DNA of 64,000 nt from positions 530,915 through 594,914 of the forward strand of contig JACOXU010000001.1 in assembly GCA_016182185.1 (NCBI GenBank), given 5' to 3'. Below, piece after piece: positions 62,710 through 64,000 of the stretch (the stretch's first letter is position 1; each line of letters begins with the position of its first letter). The notes below the pieces were generated by a model that was not told the DNA's origin, made no database searches, and saw only the letters and a list, made by a program, of their open reading frames with translations. Made by a program: the position numbers and the translations under genes. The stretch comes from Candidatus Levyibacteriota bacterium. Lineage in GTDB: Bacteria > Patescibacteriota > Microgenomatia > Levybacterales > UBA12049.

Positions 62710-64000
62710 TTATCTACACATACCTAGATCTTCTGGATTCAGCCAGCCGGCGCCTCCATTTTCCCTTTCTGGATTCTTTCCGATATTTATATGAACATGG
62801 GGGAAAGAGGTCGACGCTATTGTTGTCACTATGTCTCCTGATTTATAAGTATTGCCATCGCCCGGTGGGTTAACAGACGGTCCGTTAAGATGAAGTAGGC
62901 GAAGATCCCAAATGTCGCTTCCAACAGTTGCCTTGAATACGTGGCCATAACCACCTCCGCTTCCCGGGGGGACAGCGTAGCTCGTTACATACTCCCAAGA
63001 AGCTGTTTGGTTGTTAAGAGTTGGGAGGTAAACAGGTGTTCCGGGTGAAGCCGGAACATCGATTGAGTGAGCTCTTCTCTGATCATTTGTCGCTTCAATG
63101 GTTCCCTGAAAACATACCCCATAAGAACGGCCGCAGTGCCCTCTGTCTATTGGCTCAGGCCCTGCGCAGGCGGACAGATTGTATTGCGGATCAGACATAA
63201 AGGAACCGCACGAAATAAAAGGAGTGATGTTTTGTCCTCCCTTAATGGGGCAAGAGGATGCAAGAGATGTTGCCTGACAGTTTATATAGCTATTCCAAAC
63301 ATCCTCTCCGTAATTATATGGTCCTTCAGAACAGCCACCTGGTCCATAACGAAGACAGCCATAATACCTTCTGGCAATTTCATATACGGTTGTCTGATCC
63401 CAAGGGCCATCTCCATTAATGCTTTGCTTGTCGTTTTTTACTTTAAATGCCGCTGCGGTAATCGAATCTCTTATGCTATAAATTCTAAGTATGTTCGCTG
63501 GGGCCATGTTATTAGGGGGATCTATGGTAGTTTTTACTCCATCTTTATCAAATAAAGTTTTCATCTCAACTGCGTTTCTGGTAAATACTCCAGCAAACGT
63601 TCCAGGGGTAAACTGCATTATTCCATAGGCGACTCCGCTTGAAACCGCATCGTAATCATTTTCTAAATAAGCCGGATCTGTTCTTGTAAAAGCGCCTTCT
63701 GATTCAACGCGCATTATGCCTGCAACAACCGCAGGCGGCACGCCTACCCGGTTTGAAATATCAGCAACAACAGCAGCCATTTGCGGGTTTCCAAACATTA
63801 CCTCAACCGTTGAGCTTCCACCTCTATAAAAAACACATGAAGATATATCTCCTGAGCCCGATCCTCCTCCTGGCGGTTGGGATCCTCCAGTTGATCCACC
63901 TTGAGAATCAAGCGCGACCCCGCTTCCCCCGCCAAGCAACATAAATAAGGTAAAGAGAATAATTAAAACTATGACAATAATAATGGCGGCGGGAATCCAA
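62710..64000 (-). CDS. Membrane-anchored lytic transglycosylase plus M23-like peptidase fusion (5' end beyond window)
   Basis: Frame open to the edge through a TM segment; AGIMRVES and YGIMQF (SLT-like); HSID, LLHL, PHVH (M23-like). Confidence 0.75.
   Translation of the reverse strand, partial: WIPAAIIIVIVLIILFTLFMLLGGGSGVALDSQGGSTGGSQPPGGGSGSGDISSCVFYRGGSSTVEVMFGNPQMAAVVADISNRVGVPPAVVAGIMRVESEGAFTRTDPAYLENDYDAVSSGVAYGIMQFTPGTFAGVFTRNAVEMKTLFDKDGVKTTIDPPNNMAPANILRIYSIRDSITAAAFKVKNDKQSINGDGPWDQTTVYEIARRYYGCLRYGPGGCSEGPYNYGEDVWNSYINCQATSLASSCPIKGGQNITPFISCGSFMSDPQYNLSACAGPEPIDRGHCGRSYGVCFQGTIEATNDQRRAHSIDVPASPGTPVYLPTLNNQTASWEYVTSYAVPPGSGGGYGHVFKATVGSDIWDLRLLHLNGPSVNPPGDGNTYKSGDIVTTIASTSFPHVHINIGKNPERENGGAGWLNPEDLGMCR

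Noticed and set aside
1-64000. Prophage, IS element, rRNA or diversity-generating retroelement
   Set aside because: No terminase, capsid, transposase, integrase, reverse transcriptase or rRNA-like sequence recognised; the guaA tail differences are silent third-position changes, not adenine-specific

Overview
AT-rich, gene-dense bacterial chromosome segment read in genetic code 11 and containing the replication origin (jag-yidC-yidD-rnpA-rpmH | dnaA-oriC-dnaN). The reduced core proteins, near-universal leaderless promoters (TATAAT about 5-10 nt before the start codon) and PT-linker surface proteins suggest a Patescibacteria/CPR organism, probably Microgenomates (inference). Core genes include pcrA (partial), eno, ppsA, rpoD, dnaG, purA/purB, guaA/guaB, ruvCAB, rplY, valS, rnhA, uppP, msrA/msrB, sodN/sodX and one tRNA-Asn. 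Structure not explained by standard annotation: (1) an integrase-free array of single-gene cassettes between csaA and ruvB whose junctions are direct repeats of a -10 promoter box, carrying three paralogous toxin-like proteins, a cupin and a TA pair, with the same signature flanking an epimerase gene next to guaA; (2) a stranded, synonymously diverged second 3' end of guaA; (3) four exported proteins sharing one conserved N-terminal leader fused to unrelated passenger domains; (4) heptamer tandem repeats and short GC-rich palindromes sitting in frame inside housekeeping genes; (5) a tRNA-Asn-linked pair of HEPN-like genes, a catalytically dead stand-alone LAGLIDADG protein and a stand-alone JAB protein. 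All calls and counts were made by eye; no database search was run.
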